Of a stretch of 64,000 nucleotides of DNA, positions 61,324 through 64,000 are shown one piece after another. Both the position numbers and the translations under genes were made by a program. The DNA is from Pseudogymnoascus verrucosus (lineage: Eukaryota). Position 1 is the first letter of the stretch. Each line of letters starts with the position of its first letter. The notes under the pieces are model-generated. The model was given only the letters and a program-made list of their open reading frames with translations. It was not told where the DNA came from and did not search any database. The stretch is from assembly GCA_001662655.1 (NCBI GenBank), contig KV460212.1. One strand, given 5' to 3'.

Positions 61324-62258
61324 ATGCCTACCTCCAAAGTTATTATCCTCACGGGCGCCTCGCGCGGAATTGGCCTCGCTGCCGCAAAATTCCTACTTCA
61401 GGAAGGACACCGGCTCGTCGTCGTAGCGCGGACCGCGGGGCCAATGGAGGAGTTGAAGGGCGGATTCCCAGGAAAGGTCGAGATCGTTGTTGGGGATGCA
61501 ACAGGGGAGGAGGTGAGTTCTTTGCCATCGTTAGATAGGAAGCGGAGCATATCAGAACTGACATGGCATTGCCCGGCTTAGGTCTCCCAGAAGGCGGTAT
61601 CCCTCGCGCTCAGCTCCTTCTCGCGACTCGACGGCCTCATTCTTAACCATGGCACTCTCGAGCCAGTAGCCCGCATCGCTGATGCTACTGCCTCCGCCTG
61701 GCGCGCCGCATTTGACACCAATGTCTTCAGCTGCATCTCGTTTATACAGGCTGCCCTGCCGTCACTGCGGGAGTCAGGCGGCCGCATCATCGCCGTCTCT
61801 TCTGGCGCAGCCACAAATTCGTACGCGGGATGGGGTGCGTACGGCGCGACGAAGGCGGCGCTGAATCACATTGTTGGCACGGTGGAGAGAGAAGAGGGGA
61901 GCAAGGGCGTTGTTGCTGTGGCGGTGAGGCCAGGAGTTGTTGATACGGAGATGCAGAGGGATATTAGGGAAGTCCACGGGGCTGGGATGGATGAGGGGGA
62001 TGTGGCACGGTTTAAGGGACTTAAGGAGGAGGGGGGTTTACTGAGGCCGGAACAGCCTGGGAATGTGCTTGGGCGACTGGCGGTAGAGGCGGAGAAAGAA
62101 CTTGGAGGGAAGTTTCTCAGGTATGTGGATTCATTTGTCACGGCGGGGATTTCGAAGACAGGCAGTTTCTTTGGAAAGCTGATTTATTATGCTATGACTG
62201 GGCTAACCTATGTAGCTGGAATGCACCTGAACTTGTCAAGTTCCAGGACAAGCAGTGA
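61324..62258 (+). CDS. Short-chain dehydrogenase/reductase, 3 exons
   Basis: TGASRGIG Rossmann motif, VSSGAA, YGATK catalytic motif, RPGVVDTEMQ. Confidence 0.92.
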
Positions 62259-63283
62259 TGAGACCGTACAGAGAAATCACTTTTGGATATGTCAGCGAAT
62301 TCCAAGGATATGACAATAGAATAGACATATAGTGGGGTTGGGCTTCAGTTGAAAGATGAAAAGTCTCGAAGTTTATCAGCATCAGACGAATGTCTTCAGC
62401 ATTAGCATGGAATGTTACATCATAAGCCGGAATAGAAAGATGAAATGTTGAATATTTACCTTGTTGTATCGAGGTTAAGTGATTCGGCCTGACATGATCA
62501 TGGCCGAATGGAAACTGGACAGTATACCGCTCCAGTGCACTTGCAAACTGGCCAATGCTGTCTTTCGAGTGGGATCCAACAGAGTCGACTTAAAACCTAA
62601 TAATCTTTTGGCTAGTTAGCAAATGTATTCAGAAACACATATCAAGAAGCTAAGTAATATTGAAGTACGTTCAGACGGTCCGTTTGGTTAAGACAGGTTA
62701 ATCACCATCTAGAGCCGAAGCTCATGTAAGATAGGGGCGACACGAAATTTCATCAGAGTAAAAAGGTAGGATGTTTGAGGAGAAAATAAGCTTACCAGTG
62801 ATGGCCATTGATCCACGATTTGTGCTCCAATGTTAGCCTGAAATAAAAGCAGTGTCATAGTAAAATAGATTCTCCAAAAGAGAACCCATTACGCTTGGAA
62901 AGCTCGAGTGCTGAGGAGCGCAGCTTGTGATTGTATTGATGAAGAAGAAAAAGAGAAAGAGAAAGCAAAAGAGAAAAAGAACAAAATATCAAGAAGATTG
63001 TCGCGTAAAAAGCGGGAACTTCCGCCAAGCCTTTACCAGTTGTGCTAGCCGCAGCCTCGTGGGACTGAGACGCATAATTACGTTCGCGCGTGAGGCTACG
63101 ACTCTTAAATTTCTCTCTATTCACAGCTCATGATCGACTTCTAAAGGAACTCGCATCTTCCACGATCTTCTTTATTTCTGATCTTATTACTCACGCGTTT
63201 TTGACTTCACCTCCGAAATCGTTGAAAGAACAATAAGCTGATTCGCGTCGATACGCGGGGAACAAGGTCTCATCTCTGCCGTA

Positions 63284-64000
63284 ATGTCGGACAGAGAATT
63301 TGGAGGTATGCTCATTCTATTCTACCCACAGAAAGCGAACGGTGCCGCGCTGCGCTTGCGTCTCCTATTCGCGTCTCCTATCCACGTCAAATGGCGCCAT
63401 GGGGTAGCGCTGAGGGCTTGGAGACGCGGGCGATGAGCTGTTCCTTTCGCGTTGCCCCTCCATCGCTCCTGCCCTCTGGGTGTGACCCATGCTGACTCTA
63501 TCTTAGGAAACGATGATCTCTCTCTTCCCAAAGGTATAGCATACTACTTTCTTTATATTGCGAATATTGCGGGCTCAGCTTGAGCGAATACTATCACTAC
63601 CATCGTTTGTACCGGACAACCAGCGCTCTGGCTGCCGCTTATCTCATAACGATCGTTAAGAGCCAAAGAAATCATCACAACATGGCCTCGGTGAGGCGCC
63701 CCCTATCTCTCGAAACTCGAGTCTTTAGGATCCGAAGGGCGCATGCGAACCATTCGTATGGTCGACAATACAGTTCTCAACACGCCCGACAACTCCTTTC
63801 GCGTCTTGAGGCAGATATTACTTTGCCTCCAGGATTCCTGGTTCCAGTTGCTTTACCGAGAGTACGGTTATACGGTGAAGATGTCGCGCCCCCAAACCAA
63901 CACGCGACTGGCAATACTGGTCAACGAGATCTTGCGTCAGACCGAACTTTTAAAACCCGCGAAAAGGCCGATTTGGGTCCAGAAGGGAGACAGCGTCTAA
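63284..64000 (+). CDS. NCB2: Negative cofactor 2 beta subunit (Dr1), 5' exons only; runs off the window
   Basis: Exon 1 ATGTCGGACAGAGAATTTGGAG plus exon 2 ~63508-63533 give MSDREFGGNDDLSLPK, the NC2-beta N-terminus. Confidence 0.8.

Overview
Eukaryotic DNA from a filamentous ascomycete: short GT-AG introns with CTRAC branch points and RIP-type C->T/G->A decay of repeats. The window has two halves. (1) About 1-32.1 kb is an accessory, repeat-rich block. It holds a four-gene cluster of secreted proteins: an SGNH hydrolase with a probable RIP-induced premature stop, an astacin-like Zn protease, a CBM18-GH18 subgroup-C-type chitinase and a 7xLysM protein. The chitinase and LysM genes share a homologous ~200-bp upstream module. 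The block also holds an F-box-like/DUF7730-type gene, a four-exon 8-Cys defensin-like peptide gene missed by the ORF track, a GH11 xylanase, several degenerate ORFs, and nested RIP-mutated transposons (two Fot1/pogo, a Tc1-like, a Ginger-like integrase element, a probable LTR). (2) About 32.2-64 kb is compact, housekeeping-type gene content: MFS transporter, PQ-loop transporter, GH17, a large coiled-coil protein with PAM2-like motifs, NPP1, IWS1, TOM5, NUP57, a complex I accessory subunit, TAD2, a Gly/Asn-rich secreted protein spanning an assembly gap, an SDR, and the 5' part of NC2-beta. Spliced gene models were inferred by eye and no database searches were run.
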